Assembly: GCA_963825055.1 (NCBI GenBank)
Contig: CAWGSK010000034.1
Span: forward strand, 166,907 to 230,906
Reading direction: 5' to 3'
Origin: an uncultured Gemmatimonadales bacterium
GTDB taxonomy: Bacteria; Gemmatimonadota; Gemmatimonadetes; Gemmatimonadales; GWC2-71-9
Length of the DNA stretch: 64,000 bases
This document shows, one piece after another, positions 37,778 through 47,696 of the stretch. The stretch's first letter is position 1. The number at the start of each line of letters is the position of its first letter. Below the pieces are notes generated by a model. It ran no database searches. It worked only from the letters and a program-made list of their open reading frames with translations, and had not been told where the DNA came from. A program made the translations under genes and the position numbers.

Positions 37778-40579
37778 TCAGAATCTCACCTCCATCCCCA
37801 GCCTCACCAGCCTCGGTGTGCCGTAGGCAAAGAGGGGCTGGGCGTAGTCGCGCGCGGCTTCCAGGAAGAGGGGCATGAGCTCGCCCGGCCCGCTGATGAG
37901 GCCGTCCCCGTTGAGGTCGGCCCACGCGCGGTAGCGGGGGGATTCGTACGGAATGGGTGCGGGGAAGAGCTCATTGCCCTGGTAGGCCTGGTAGGCTTGC
38001 CGGGCCAGGTTTGCCAGCCCGAGGGAGTCGAGCCCGGGTTTTCCCGTGTCCCGTCGAACGGCGACGACGTTGCGCCGGTTGAGCAGGTTCCGCAGGTCCA
38101 GGTAGATCGAGCCCATGAATCCGCCCACCGTAATGGGACGGCGCACCAGCAGATCCACCGTGCCGGTGGCCGGTAGCCGCGAGCTGTTCGGCAGAATCGT
38201 GACCGACGTGTCATTGAGGTCACCGAGCGTGAAGGGCAGCCCCGATTCCATCCGTATGATCATCGCCCCCTCGAGTCCGCCCAGCGGCCGGATACCGGCG
38301 ACCCGCGGGCCGCCGTCCTCATTGATCTTTCCCTGCAATATCCCGGTCAGCGTATGGCGCCGGTCGTAGTCGAGCGGGAACTCGACGCGACCCGGGAACA
38401 GCGTATCACCGCTCGTGGGATCGATGTGCCCGAAGCGCGTCAACAGGAAGGCGCTCGTGGACGTGGCAGTCGACTTGGCCAGGGTATACAGCACGCGCGC
38501 GCCCCATCCCCCGCGCATCTCGCGTTCCAGGACCAGCTCCAGCCCGCGCGAGGTTCCATAGTCCGTCAGCCCGAAAATCGAAGAGTCGGGGTCGAGCCCG
38601 AGCGGCACCGAGGCCACCAGACCATTCAGCCGCTTGTAATAGACTCCGACCCGGAGCGAGACCCCCTGGGTGGGGCGGGAGCGTACGCTCAACTCGTACT
38701 GCGTACTGGTTTCGAATCCGAGGTTCGGGTTGCCGCGCCGGAACCGGCCGGTTCGCATCGTATCGTCGAACGCCGCGTCCACCAGGTACTGGAAGTCCGG
38801 GGGCTGGCTGAAGCGCCCGATGCTCCCGACCACTGTCGCGCCACCGAGGACGGTGGACACGGCGATGCGTGGGTTGAAGGTGGTGCGCGGGCCGAACCGC
38901 TTCATGCTCGCCGAATCGCTGGCGGCCTGGGGCCCGCCAGCGAAATGCTCGAGGCGGATGCCGCCGGTGATCGCGATGTCCTCGAAGCGGGCCTGGGCCT
39001 CCGTGTAGAGCGCGGACAGGGTCGGCGTGAAGGTACTGGCGACGGCCGGGGGCACCGCACCCCCCACCGGGGAGTAGCCCTGGACGCGCTGGAAGGTCTG
39101 CACCCGCTGCCGGGCTACCTGGCCGCCGGCGTAGATGTCGAAATCCGTGCCCACCCCCAAGGTTCCGTCCACCTGGGCGCGCAACTCGCGGAAACGGTTC
39201 CAGCCGATGTCTCCCCGGCTCGAGCCGCCGAGGAAGAACGCGGGGACCCCCCACGGGGTTCGATCGCTCAGCATCGGCGGCGCCAGGCCGGCGATCGGCG
39301 CGGCGGCTGCCACCGTGTCCTGGGCCCGCGCGATATCCTCGCCCAGGAAGTGGAACGTGTTGCCGGTGAACGCCCCGAACGCGTAGTCGACGGTATCCGT
39401 CAGGGTTCCACGGATGAACTGCCGGGTGTACCACCCGAGCCGCACATCCAGCAGCAGGGGCCGTCCGCTCACCTCCAGGTTGCTGTTGAGCCATGCGCTG
39501 AGCAGCGTGCCGGTGACGCGCTGGGCTGGTGCGAACTGGGATTCGTACTTGTAGGCCGGATCATACAACAGGCGCTGCTCGGCGGAGCGGAGCCCGAAGA
39601 ATCGCAGGGTGTGCCGCTCGCCGACCGGCAGGGTGACCTTGCCCGCCAGGTCGAGCCGTTCGCCGCTGTTGTGCGGGAGGAGCCAGGGCTGGTCGTTGCG
39701 CGGATCCCGCGCAAGGCCCGAGGGAGGCGCATTGACCGGGTCCGCATCGAGGCGGCCGCTGGCGTCCACCACGCCCAGGACCGTTGCGCGTCCGACGAGA
39801 GGCCCATCCGCCTGGAGGATGACGCGATCCAGGCCGTGGTCCCAGCCATTGCCGAGGGGGCGGTCGGTTTCATAGGTCGTGCTCCCGGACCAGTGATCGC
39901 CGCCGTCCCGGGTGACGACGTTCACCAGGCCGGAGATGGCCTGGCCGTAGCGCGCGCTGAAGGCGTTCGTGGTGAGCGAAGCTTCCTGCAGGATGGCCGG
40001 CGGGATCCGCAGGCCGAGGTCGCCGGTGGAAGCATCCAGCTGGTTCTTGACCCCGAGGCCGTCGAGAATGAACGACTGTTGCCCGAGCCGGCCGCCGCGG
40101 TAACTCTGGCCGACGGCGCCCGCCGAGAGCGCCAGGGCTTCGTCGAGCGAGCTCACGGGAAGCTCGCGCAGGTCCTGGGCGGTGATGCGCTGCGTGGTGG
40201 AGGTGTTCAGCGGGTCGAGGATGCTGTCGACCCCGCGGATCACGATGGTGTCGAGGATGGTGGGCGCCGGCACGAGCGAAAAGGCAAGAACCGTGGTGGC
40301 CCCGGACTGCACGAGCACGCTGTCCCGACGGACACTCCGGTAACCGATGAAGCCGGCCTGAACCTGGTGCCAGCCGGCCTGCACACCGCGCACCCGGAAG
40401 GCGCCCGCGCTGTCGGTGGTGGCGTAGTGGCGGCCATTGTCCACCACGATGCGCGCAAGCGACACAGGGTTTCCTGTCTCGGCGTCACGCACCGAACCGC
40501 TGATGGCTCCGGAAGTCTGTGCCGCCAGCGGACTGGCGACCGAGACCAGGAGGGCGAGGAAGAGGGGGGCGCGTTTCAT
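37778..40579 (-). CDS. TonB-dependent receptor with N-terminal carboxypeptidase-regulatory-like domain
   Basis: GAISGSVRDAETG; FSARYGQAISGLVNVVT plug motif; FPLDYDRRH; C-terminal RLGMEVRF. Confidence 0.88.
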   Translation of the reverse strand: MKRAPLFLALLVSVASPLAAQTSGAISGSVRDAETGNPVSLARIVVDNGRHYATTDSAGAFRVRGVQAGWHQVQAGFIGYRSVRRDSVLVQSGATTVLAFSLVPAPTILDTIVIRGVDSILDPLNTSTTQRITAQDLRELPVSSLDEALALSAGAVGQSYRGGRLGQQSFILDGLGVKNQLDASTGDLGLRIPPAILQEASLTTNAFSARYGQAISGLVNVVTRDGGDHWSGSTTYETDRPLGNGWDHGLDRVILQADGPLVGRATVLGVVDASGRLDADPVNAPPSGLARDPRNDQPWLLPHNSGERLDLAGKVTLPVGERHTLRFFGLRSAEQRLLYDPAYKYESQFAPAQRVTGTLLSAWLNSNLEVSGRPLLLDVRLGWYTRQFIRGTLTDTVDYAFGAFTGNTFHFLGEDIARAQDTVAAAAPIAGLAPPMLSDRTPWGVPAFFLGGSSRGDIGWNRFRELRAQVDGTLGVGTDFDIYAGGQVARQRVQTFQRVQGYSPVGGAVPPAVASTFTPTLSALYTEAQARFEDIAITGGIRLEHFAGGPQAASDSASMKRFGPRTTFNPRIAVSTVLGGATVVGSIGRFSQPPDFQYLVDAAFDDTMRTGRFRRGNPNLGFETSTQYELSVRSRPTQGVSLRVGVYYKRLNGLVASVPLGLDPDSSIFGLTDYGTSRGLELVLEREMRGGWGARVLYTLAKSTATSTSAFLLTRFGHIDPTSGDTLFPGRVEFPLDYDRRHTLTGILQGKINEDGGPRVAGIRPLGGLEGAMIIRMESGLPFTLGDLNDTSVTILPNSSRLPATGTVDLLVRRPITVGGFMGSIYLDLRNLLNRRNVVAVRRDTGKPGLDSLGLANLARQAYQAYQGNELFPAPIPYESPRYRAWADLNGDGLISGPGELMPLFLEAARDYAQPLFAYGTPRLVRLGMEVRF

Positions 40580-41733
40580 GGCAGGTCCAGGAGCCAGAGG
40601 TCGGCGGACTTGAGGACGCCGTCGCCCGGCATGCAGCCATCGAAGACAGTGTCGGCGGGGATGTAGAGGTATCCCTCGGCCACGAGCTGGTCCCCCTGGG
40701 GTGAGAGTGAGGGGTGGCGCCAGCACCGGTTGACCTGGGGCAGCATCGTCTCGCTCCCGTTGTTGAGGTCCACGATATAGATGATGCCGCCCTCGTCTTT
40801 CTGGACGGGGCCAAGCACGGGGTCGAACAGGAATGACACCGGTCCACCGACCACCGCGACCAGGCGGTTGCCGACGACATCGACGTCACGAGCGATCCCC
40901 GCGCTCGTGAAGTCATGCACGGTGGTCACCGCGCCGGAACCGAGATCCTGGCGGTAGACGCGGGTATCGCCATTCAGGGTGTAGTAGATCCCGGTGCCCG
41001 CGGCATCGAGCGCCACCGAACTGGCCAGATCCGTACCGGGCACGGTCGTGACCGCTGCGGTTCCGCTGTAGTCCACACGATCGATCTGCAGGCCGGACAC
41101 CACGGTGTCGGGCGCGCAGCCCTGACACGGGGCCGCATATGCGGTGAACATGGCGAGGTAGATCGCACTGGTGGGTGACAACCACCGGATATCCCGGGCA
41201 TCGAATATCTGGCGCCCCGGGGCCGGGGTATACGGGAAGCTCACCAGATCCTGAGGGGGAAGATCCGGCGCAGCCTGGAGGGCCAGGGTCCGGGTCCGGA
41301 AGACGAGGCCCCCCGGATGGGCGATCGTCCGCATAAAGAGCAGGCCACCGTCGGTGGCCGGTGCCGGCCACTCCCAGGCGTCCGTCGTAGTGTCGCTGCC
41401 GTCTGCGCGCTCGCACCGCCGGCTCAGGAGCTGGCCGCCCGTCGCGGGCAGGATCCCGACGCAGCGGTCATGGGCCGGGTCGGCGCGGTCTTCCAGGCTG
41501 TAGGCGATTCCGGAGCCATCCGGCAGCCACCGGGGCCCCCGGTCCGTCGCCGTGTTGTACGTCAGGAGGACCGGGTCGCCCGGTTGCAGGGGTGTGGACC
41601 CCCCCTGATCGGGCGTGGTGAATGCGTCGGCGTGGCAGGCGGCAAGGAGGAGGAGGATGGCACTGGGGGCCGCCCGGAGAACAGTCCCGGGGACCCGGAG
41701 GGGGATCGGCATGGATGGCCGGCGATATCGCAT
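40576..41733 (-). CDS. TolB-like beta-propeller lipoprotein
   Basis: Lipobox LAAC; PRWLPDGSGIAY and PSLSPQGDQLV (PD40-like); coupled to the TBDR; start may be 41712. Confidence 0.65.
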   Translation of the reverse strand: MRYRRPSMPIPLRVPGTVLRAAPSAILLLLAACHADAFTTPDQGGSTPLQPGDPVLLTYNTATDRGPRWLPDGSGIAYSLEDRADPAHDRCVGILPATGGQLLSRRCERADGSDTTTDAWEWPAPATDGGLLFMRTIAHPGGLVFRTRTLALQAAPDLPPQDLVSFPYTPAPGRQIFDARDIRWLSPTSAIYLAMFTAYAAPCQGCAPDTVVSGLQIDRVDYSGTAAVTTVPGTDLASSVALDAAGTGIYYTLNGDTRVYRQDLGSGAVTTVHDFTSAGIARDVDVVGNRLVAVVGGPVSFLFDPVLGPVQKDEGGIIYIVDLNNGSETMLPQVNRCWRHPSLSPQGDQLVAEGYLYIPADTVFDGCMPGDGVLKSADLWLLDLP

Positions 41734-41849
41734 CGTCACCCGTGGGTTGCTGGACCGGAAGGGGCGGCCCGTGGGGCCGCCGTGGTCAGTGCATTGAGAC
41801 GAACCATCAGGCCCGGGAGGCACACCTGCCTTGCGGGCCGGTCACAACA

Positions 41850-43208
41850 TCAGGGAAAAACGACGACGCTTTCGTGCCCTGCGCTGTCGACCGCAGCCAC
41901 CCCGAACAGCCAGTTGTCGATCACGATGTTCCGGAGCGTATCGACCGTCGCCCCGGTCACGGAGCGGCTGTGCTCCCACTGCGGCGCAGTGGTGGCCCGC
42001 CAGTAGACGCGGAAACGGGCTCGGCTGGTGTCCGCCGGTATCCATGAAACGACCGTATGGGGCGAAACTGCTCCGGCGATCCGTACGGAGACCGGCGGGG
42101 GCGGCGCCCATGCCAGCCCGGCCAGGCTGGCGACGTTCGCCCTGGTCACGCGCGCCAGGTACGGGAAGCTCATTCCCGTCACCACGTCACCGTAGGCCAC
42201 GCCGCCTTCCGTCCGGACATCCTGGTGCTGGCGGGTGTAGTCCTCGTGCATCTCCGTCAGCCGGACGGCGGGGAAGCCCAGGTCATTGAACGGGCGATGG
42301 TCACCGCCCCGTCCGAACCGGTCGAGTCGATAGATCATGACCGCCGTGGCGCCGGGGACGTACTCCCCCGCCATCCGCTCCACATAGCGCGCCAGTTGCC
42401 GGCTTGGCCCGTCCACCTCGCCGCCGCTGAAGCGCCGGCGCCGGCGGGGCTGCTCGGTCTCGGTGGCCGGCACCGGCTCGGAGAAGACCCGGAACTCACC
42501 ACCGTTGGGGACGCCATCCCCGCCCATCCGGTTGCCGACGACATCGTTGTTGAGCACGGCCTCGACGGTCCACCCGGAGTCGCGGGCGAGCTCTGCCAGC
42601 TGGGTGCCCCCGAACAGGCCCTGTTCTTCGCCCGAAAGGGCGGCGTAGACGATCGTCTTGTCGAACCGCTGCCGGCTGAGCACCCGGGCCGCCTCGAGTA
42701 CCGCCGCCACACCGCTGGCGTCGTCGTTGGCGCCGGGCGCGTCAGTGCTGTCGTCCATCGCGTCGGAGGCGCGGGAATCGAGATGGGCGGTCATCAGGAG
42801 GTGGCGCGCGGGGTAGCGTGTGCCGCGCTGGACGGCAACCACGTTCACGATCATCGCGTCCCGCGGAATCCGCTCACCGCTGCCGCCAGGGACGAGGCGG
42901 GCCTGGTAGCGCACCTCGAGGCAGCCACCACAGGCGGCGGAGATCCGGTCAAACTCGGACTTGACCCACCGCCGGGCCGCGCCGATGCCACGGGTCGTGG
43001 AGAGGGTATCGGACAGGGTGTGGCGCGTCCCGAAGGCGACCAGGTGCCGCACAGTACGCTCCAGGCTGTCCGGCGCGACCGACGCGGCCAGGGCGTGGAT
43101 GCGCGGGTCGCCGGCGGCCGTGGCAGGCCGGGAGGGTGTGGCTGCGGGATGGCCGGCACAGCCGAGCAGAAGAAGCGCGGCGGCGCCGAGGGGGCGGACC
43201 GGGGACAC
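41850..43208 (-). CDS. M28 family metallopeptidase lipoprotein
   Basis: LLGC lipobox; AHLDS, PGANDDASG, GEEQGLFG, GGDHRPF. Confidence 0.9.
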   Translation of the reverse strand: MSPVRPLGAAALLLLGCAGHPAATPSRPATAAGDPRIHALAASVAPDSLERTVRHLVAFGTRHTLSDTLSTTRGIGAARRWVKSEFDRISAACGGCLEVRYQARLVPGGSGERIPRDAMIVNVVAVQRGTRYPARHLLMTAHLDSRASDAMDDSTDAPGANDDASGVAAVLEAARVLSRQRFDKTIVYAALSGEEQGLFGGTQLAELARDSGWTVEAVLNNDVVGNRMGGDGVPNGGEFRVFSEPVPATETEQPRRRRRFSGGEVDGPSRQLARYVERMAGEYVPGATAVMIYRLDRFGRGGDHRPFNDLGFPAVRLTEMHEDYTRQHQDVRTEGGVAYGDVVTGMSFPYLARVTRANVASLAGLAWAPPPPVSVRIAGAVSPHTVVSWIPADTSRARFRVYWRATTAPQWEHSRSVTGATVDTLRNIVIDNWLFGVAAVDSAGHESVVVFP

Positions 43209-43251
43209 GGACTCTCCTCGGATAGACCCGGGAAGAGTAATGAGGGCCGGG

Positions 43252-45807
43252 TCAGCGGGGGGAGAGCCGGATCTCGATCCCGTCTACGGTTGCCCCATCG
43301 ACCTCGGCGGGCATGGTGAACAGGGGAGGTATGCTGGCCAGGGCGAAACGCTCGAGGACACTCTCGTCCACGGCGATGTCGTACTCCCCCGGCTTGATGC
43401 CGATGGCGTAGAACTCGCCATCCGAGAACGTGAGGATCGTCCGGGTATCGCCGGTGCGGCGGTTGCGGATGACGAGGGTGACGCCGCCCTGGCCGCGCGT
43501 ACCGCCGACATCCTCGCGTACGACCCGCCCCTGCAGGACTCCCCCGGGGAGCACGGGAATATCCAGGGTCCGATACCGGTTCGGGGAAGGCTCGACGCTG
43601 ATGGTGGCGAAACCCGGCACCCAGAGGGGGGATCGGAGGCTGAGGGAATCCACGCTCATCAGGACCGGTTCCCAGGGGACGAGATCCCAGACCTGGTACC
43701 GTCCGGTGGAATCGGTGGTGCTCGCGGCGATCCCTGCCTTGAGCCGGACTCCGGGGAGGCCGGGCTCGTCGATGTCCCGGACCCCGTTGGCGTTGGCGTC
43801 CAGGAACACCGTGCCCGAGAGGCCCGCCCGATCCACGGCCGGGCCGCTGGAGAGTTCCACGTCCCGCGTGTCGTGGTTGTACAGCACCGCGCCCTGGACG
43901 AACTGGGTCGCGCCGGCGGAACCGCCGCCTGCGGTCATGGTCGTGTAGCCGCGCACGGTGGGGAGGTTGGTGGAGAGGATCACCGAAAGGCGCGTGCCCT
44001 GGCCCCGTGTCCAGGCCATGCCGGTCTCGACACGGAGCCCCGGGGTCACGGCGCGGGAGAGATAGGCGGAGAGAATCCGGGGAGAGAACGCGCCGGTGAA
44101 CTCCACGGTGGTCCGCGCGCTGACCTTGCCGAGGAAGGGCCCGAGTGCAGGGCGGGGCAGGGCAAAGGCGTTGAGGCCGTAGAATCCCTGGGTGAGGCTC
44201 CGGTTCGCCACGTCGCTTCGCTGGACGCGCAGGCTCGGGAGGATCCGCATCTGGGCGACCTGCATCGCGGCGCTGATGCGGCCACTGGTCGCCCGGCCCC
44301 CCACGGCCCAGGTCCGGTCGATGCTGCCGTCGATGTAGAACCCGCGTTCGATGCCGAATGGACGGAGGAGCCCCTGGAGGGTCCACTGGGCCTGCCGCCC
44401 CGGTGCGGTGAGGAGCGGGTGGTCAGTGCCGGTGGCGTAGTCGCTGTACTCGGTGGAGAGCTGGAGGTTGAGGCTGGGCTCGTAGCGAATACCGCTGCGC
44501 AGCACGGCGCCCGCCACGCCCTCCACCTGCATCGCCCAGGACTGGCCGATCGTTCCCGTCACGCCGGCATAGGGATGCCAGAGGTCGGGGAGCGAGTCCC
44601 GCCAGAACGCGTCCATGCCGGCCCGGATCGTCCAGCCCCGGGCGACGCCGTAGCGGAGGTCGAGATTGCTCGTGCCCCGGCAGGCGATGCGGCACGCGCC
44701 CGCGGCCATGCCGTACTCGAACTGGCCCACCGGCAGGGCGTCGTTGACGACGCGGTAGGTCCGGTTGAACTGGCGCACCTCGCCGAACGGGCCGTAGGCC
44801 ACGAAGTCCACCGGGTTCTCGCCATACTGCACGGGGACGTCCAGGGAAAATCGTCCGAGCGCGTTGACGGAGTCGAAGGCGATGAGCCGGCCGCCGCGAT
44901 AGGCCTCCACCTGCCACCCCGGGCCCAGTTGCCCGTCGTAGCTGAACTGCCCCCAGTCCGAGCCGCGAATGTAGGGTGCATTCGTGATGGCGAAGCCCCG
45001 CACATTCCGCGGGCGCGGACCGGTGGCGACGCCGTCACCGATCGTGATCTGGCGGACGCGCGGGTCATCACGGTAGACGCCACGCCAGGCCAGCTCGCTC
45101 CGGCTCCGGCCCGCGCGAATGCTGCCATCGGTGGTCATGCCCAGCTCAAGCGAGCCCCCCATCAGGTCCACGCCGAGCATGGCGCTGTAGGCGCCGCCGC
45201 CGATCACGTCGCTGCTGGGCGTGAGGACGGAGTAATCGAGGACCAGGCCGTCCAGGCCGGTCCGGTCGAGCGCCACGGACATGTCGGGACGGGTACGCTG
45301 TTCGTGGTGCAGCAGGGCTGCGCGCATTTCTTCCCGCGCGACCCGGCGACCGATCGGGAGCCGGTCCGCGGTGGTTACGGCCACCTTCAGGTCGGGCCAG
45401 AGGGTGGCGAATTCGATGTCCAGCACCCGCGCCAGGATGATGGTGCTCAGGTAGACCTCGGCGTCAGTCCGCACCACCTGGTCCGCCCGCAGCGGCAGGA
45501 CCAGGTCCGCCAGACGGACTTCGGCCTTGAGCGGGTCGATCAGGAGGCGGCGGTCACCGGGATAGAGCCGGGCTTCATACCCGCCTGCTGGTGTCCGATG
45601 GAACCCGATTTCCGCCAGGTCGAACAACTGGGCGACCGGCACCAGGGCCGTGTCGGCGACGCGGTAGGCCTCCACCGTACGAAGCGCCAGGCGTCCGACC
45701 TGGAGATCCACCAGAACGGGTTCGGGCGCGCCCGCCTCCTGGCCTCGCGCCGGGGTGGCAGGGAGGACGAGCCCGAGGGCAAGGAGGAAGGGCCACGCGG
45801 CGCGCAT
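43252..45807 (-). CDS. Divergent fimbrial usher-like outer-membrane protein
   Basis: Signal peptide; IGDGV..GFAITNAP..PGWQVEAYRGGRL..GRFSLDVPVQYGEN..YGPFGE plug-like segment; beta-rich barrel; two C-terminal Ig-like domains; operon context. Confidence 0.7.
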   Translation of the reverse strand: MRAAWPFLLALGLVLPATPARGQEAGAPEPVLVDLQVGRLALRTVEAYRVADTALVPVAQLFDLAEIGFHRTPAGGYEARLYPGDRRLLIDPLKAEVRLADLVLPLRADQVVRTDAEVYLSTIILARVLDIEFATLWPDLKVAVTTADRLPIGRRVAREEMRAALLHHEQRTRPDMSVALDRTGLDGLVLDYSVLTPSSDVIGGGAYSAMLGVDLMGGSLELGMTTDGSIRAGRSRSELAWRGVYRDDPRVRQITIGDGVATGPRPRNVRGFAITNAPYIRGSDWGQFSYDGQLGPGWQVEAYRGGRLIAFDSVNALGRFSLDVPVQYGENPVDFVAYGPFGEVRQFNRTYRVVNDALPVGQFEYGMAAGACRIACRGTSNLDLRYGVARGWTIRAGMDAFWRDSLPDLWHPYAGVTGTIGQSWAMQVEGVAGAVLRSGIRYEPSLNLQLSTEYSDYATGTDHPLLTAPGRQAQWTLQGLLRPFGIERGFYIDGSIDRTWAVGGRATSGRISAAMQVAQMRILPSLRVQRSDVANRSLTQGFYGLNAFALPRPALGPFLGKVSARTTVEFTGAFSPRILSAYLSRAVTPGLRVETGMAWTRGQGTRLSVILSTNLPTVRGYTTMTAGGGSAGATQFVQGAVLYNHDTRDVELSSGPAVDRAGLSGTVFLDANANGVRDIDEPGLPGVRLKAGIAASTTDSTGRYQVWDLVPWEPVLMSVDSLSLRSPLWVPGFATISVEPSPNRYRTLDIPVLPGGVLQGRVVREDVGGTRGQGGVTLVIRNRRTGDTRTILTFSDGEFYAIGIKPGEYDIAVDESVLERFALASIPPLFTMPAEVDGATVDGIEIRLSPR

Positions 45808-45810
45808 CGC

Positions 45811-46329
45811 TCAGGGATAGAACAGGTTGACGGTGATCGAGCCCTGGTACCGCCCGGGGAGCTGGGTGGGCGAGGGCGAGACCGTGCCGCCGATATAGAT
45901 GTACATGTCCGGACGGGGTCCCGGTCCGAGCCGTCCCACGTCCCCGACGGCCGGGTCGAAGACCGTCCCGCCGGCCAGGCTCTGCGTCTGCCGCCGCCAG
46001 CGGGCGGCCGTCGTGTTGAAGCTGATGGGCATCGTGATACCCGGCGCCGCCTGGATGTTGTTGAGCAGCGAGGGCAGCGTGAAGCTGATGTCGACGTAGG
46101 CGTTCGGCGTCCCGCTCACCATCCAGATCCCTGCCTGTGCGGTGTTCGGCGCGACGGTCGACGGGGTGCCCGGCAGCACGGTACCAAAATCGAGTCCCTG
46201 CAGGCCCGTAACCGTCATCGGCCCCTGGATGGATGCGCGCGCGCCGATGGCCCCGCTGTTCACCTGGGCGGAGCCGGCCGTCACCACCGCACAGGCGGCG
46301 GCGAGCGCGAGAACCAGCCAGCGCTTCAC
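45811..46329 (-). CDS. DUF4402-like fimbrial subunit (minor)
   Basis: Signal peptide, LDFG, YIYIGGTV, QLPGRYQGSITVNLFY. Confidence 0.75.
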   Translation of the reverse strand: MKRWLVLALAAACAVVTAGSAQVNSGAIGARASIQGPMTVTGLQGLDFGTVLPGTPSTVAPNTAQAGIWMVSGTPNAYVDISFTLPSLLNNIQAAPGITMPISFNTTAARWRRQTQSLAGGTVFDPAVGDVGRLGPGPRPDMYIYIGGTVSPSPTQLPGRYQGSITVNLFYP

Positions 46330-47150
46330 GGGAGGTGAACCTCGACGGAGTCACGGACTGCGGGACCGCGGATCATCTGCTCGGCTGCCAGGTCATCCCG
46401 CTCGTTGTTCAGGGTCACCTTCAGTCGGTACGCCCCCGCAGGAAGCCCGGTGACCGGCAGCGCGTAGCGCGGTGCCAGGCTGAAGTACACCGCCAGGGGC
46501 CCTTCCGCCTGCGCAACCGCGCGGCCCGTGGAATCCTCCAGCACGGCGTGCAGCATGCCGATGTACGAGGCGTTGCCGGTGCGTTGCATCGGGACGGTGA
46601 CGGCGAGCGAATCGGCAGCCTGCTCCACGTCCAGCGTCCCGAGTTTCACGCCGGTGGTCGGCTTGCCTTTCCGGTACTGGACCGGGATGACGGTCCGCAC
46701 CTCGAGCGTCAGGCCCACCTTGATGGCCGCCGTGTCCTCGACGCCGCCGATCGGTACCTGGCCGCCCTTGGCGGAGACCACCATGCGCGCCCAGTACTCC
46801 CCGTCGGGAAGGCCTGCGGGCGGGCGCCCGAGGATGCGGACCGTCTGGCGCTCCAGCGGTCCGAGCCGGGTGCGGCGCGGGAAAGCCTGGAGCCATCCCG
46901 CGGCGGAGGGCGCGGTGCTGTCGGGATTATCCACGATCTCGAGCCGGTACTGCCCGGCCGAATCGGTGACCGGATAGCCGTAGAGGAGGGAAATGGACAC
47001 CTCCGTCGGTTCCGGATTGGGGTTATAGAGTGTCACCGAGCCGCTCCGGTTGGCATGCTGGATGACCACCGCGTGGGGGGCCACCATCACGCCCTGCCCG
47101 AGCAGGGATGCGGGGAGCAGCAGGAGGATCGAGAGTATCGCGTGCTTCAT
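46326..47150 (-). CDS. PapD-like periplasmic pilus chaperone
   Basis: VAPHAVVI..SVTLYN..WLQAFPRRTRLGP.ERQTVRI..LPDGEYW..IPVQYR; second domain RTGNASY. Confidence 0.78.
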   Translation of the reverse strand: MKHAILSILLLLPASLLGQGVMVAPHAVVIQHANRSGSVTLYNPNPEPTEVSISLLYGYPVTDSAGQYRLEIVDNPDSTAPSAAGWLQAFPRRTRLGPLERQTVRILGRPPAGLPDGEYWARMVVSAKGGQVPIGGVEDTAAIKVGLTLEVRTVIPVQYRKGKPTTGVKLGTLDVEQAADSLAVTVPMQRTGNASYIGMLHAVLEDSTGRAVAQAEGPLAVYFSLAPRYALPVTGLPAGAYRLKVTLNNERDDLAAEQMIRGPAVRDSVEVHLP

Positions 47151-47608
47151 CCGATGATCACCACGGTCAGGGTGACAGTACTGGCGTAGGAGCCCGCGCG
47201 TTGCGTTGGCGACGGGTCGACCTGTCCGCCCAGGTAGAGCGAGTTTTTGCCGCCACTGTCGGTCTGGAGGAACCGCCAGGGGCGTGGATCGAAGACAACG
47301 GGCGCCGAACCCTTCTTCTTGCCGACCCAGATCGCATCGCCGGCGCCGAAGGTGATCGGCATGGCTGCGCCCGTGGGGCCGTCGAGTTGTGACGGCAGGG
47401 TGAAGATGATCAGGAGGTAGGCGTTGTTCTTCGCCTGGACCTCGAACTCCCCGGCCCGCAGCGGGTCGGTCGGCGGCGCGGCGTTGGGAATCCCCGCGAC
47501 GACGCTGCCGAACTGGAGATCACGGATTCCGCGGACCTGCAGCTGGGCCGCGGCTGGCGCGACGCCGGCGAGGCAGAGCAGGAGCAGCAGAAGGGGGGTC
47601 CGTTGCAT
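47147..47608 (-). CDS. DUF4402-like fimbrial subunit lacking the N-terminal extension
   Basis: DLQFG, LYLGGQV, QRAGSYASTVTLTV. Confidence 0.72.
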   Translation of the reverse strand: MQRTPLLLLLLCLAGVAPAAAQLQVRGIRDLQFGSVVAGIPNAAPPTDPLRAGEFEVQAKNNAYLLIIFTLPSQLDGPTGAAMPITFGAGDAIWVGKKKGSAPVVFDPRPWRFLQTDSGGKNSLYLGGQVDPSPTQRAGSYASTVTLTVVIIG

Positions 47609-47624
47609 CGTGATTCCGGGGTCC

Positions 47625-47679
47625 GGAGCAAGCGCGCCGGCGTGAGGTCCGGAGACCCCAGCCGGCGCGGTGCTGCTCC
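47625..47679 (-). terminator. Long hairpin after the major subunit gene (attenuator or mRNA-stabilising stem)
   Basis: GGAGCA/TGCTCC and CGCGCCGGC/GCCGGCGCG stems; no U tract. Confidence 0.55.
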
Positions 47680-47696
47680 CATTCAGACCGTCAGCC

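Noticed and set aside
42961..46338. 1125-aa plus-strand ORF
   Set aside because: Antisense shadow of the usher and subunit genes
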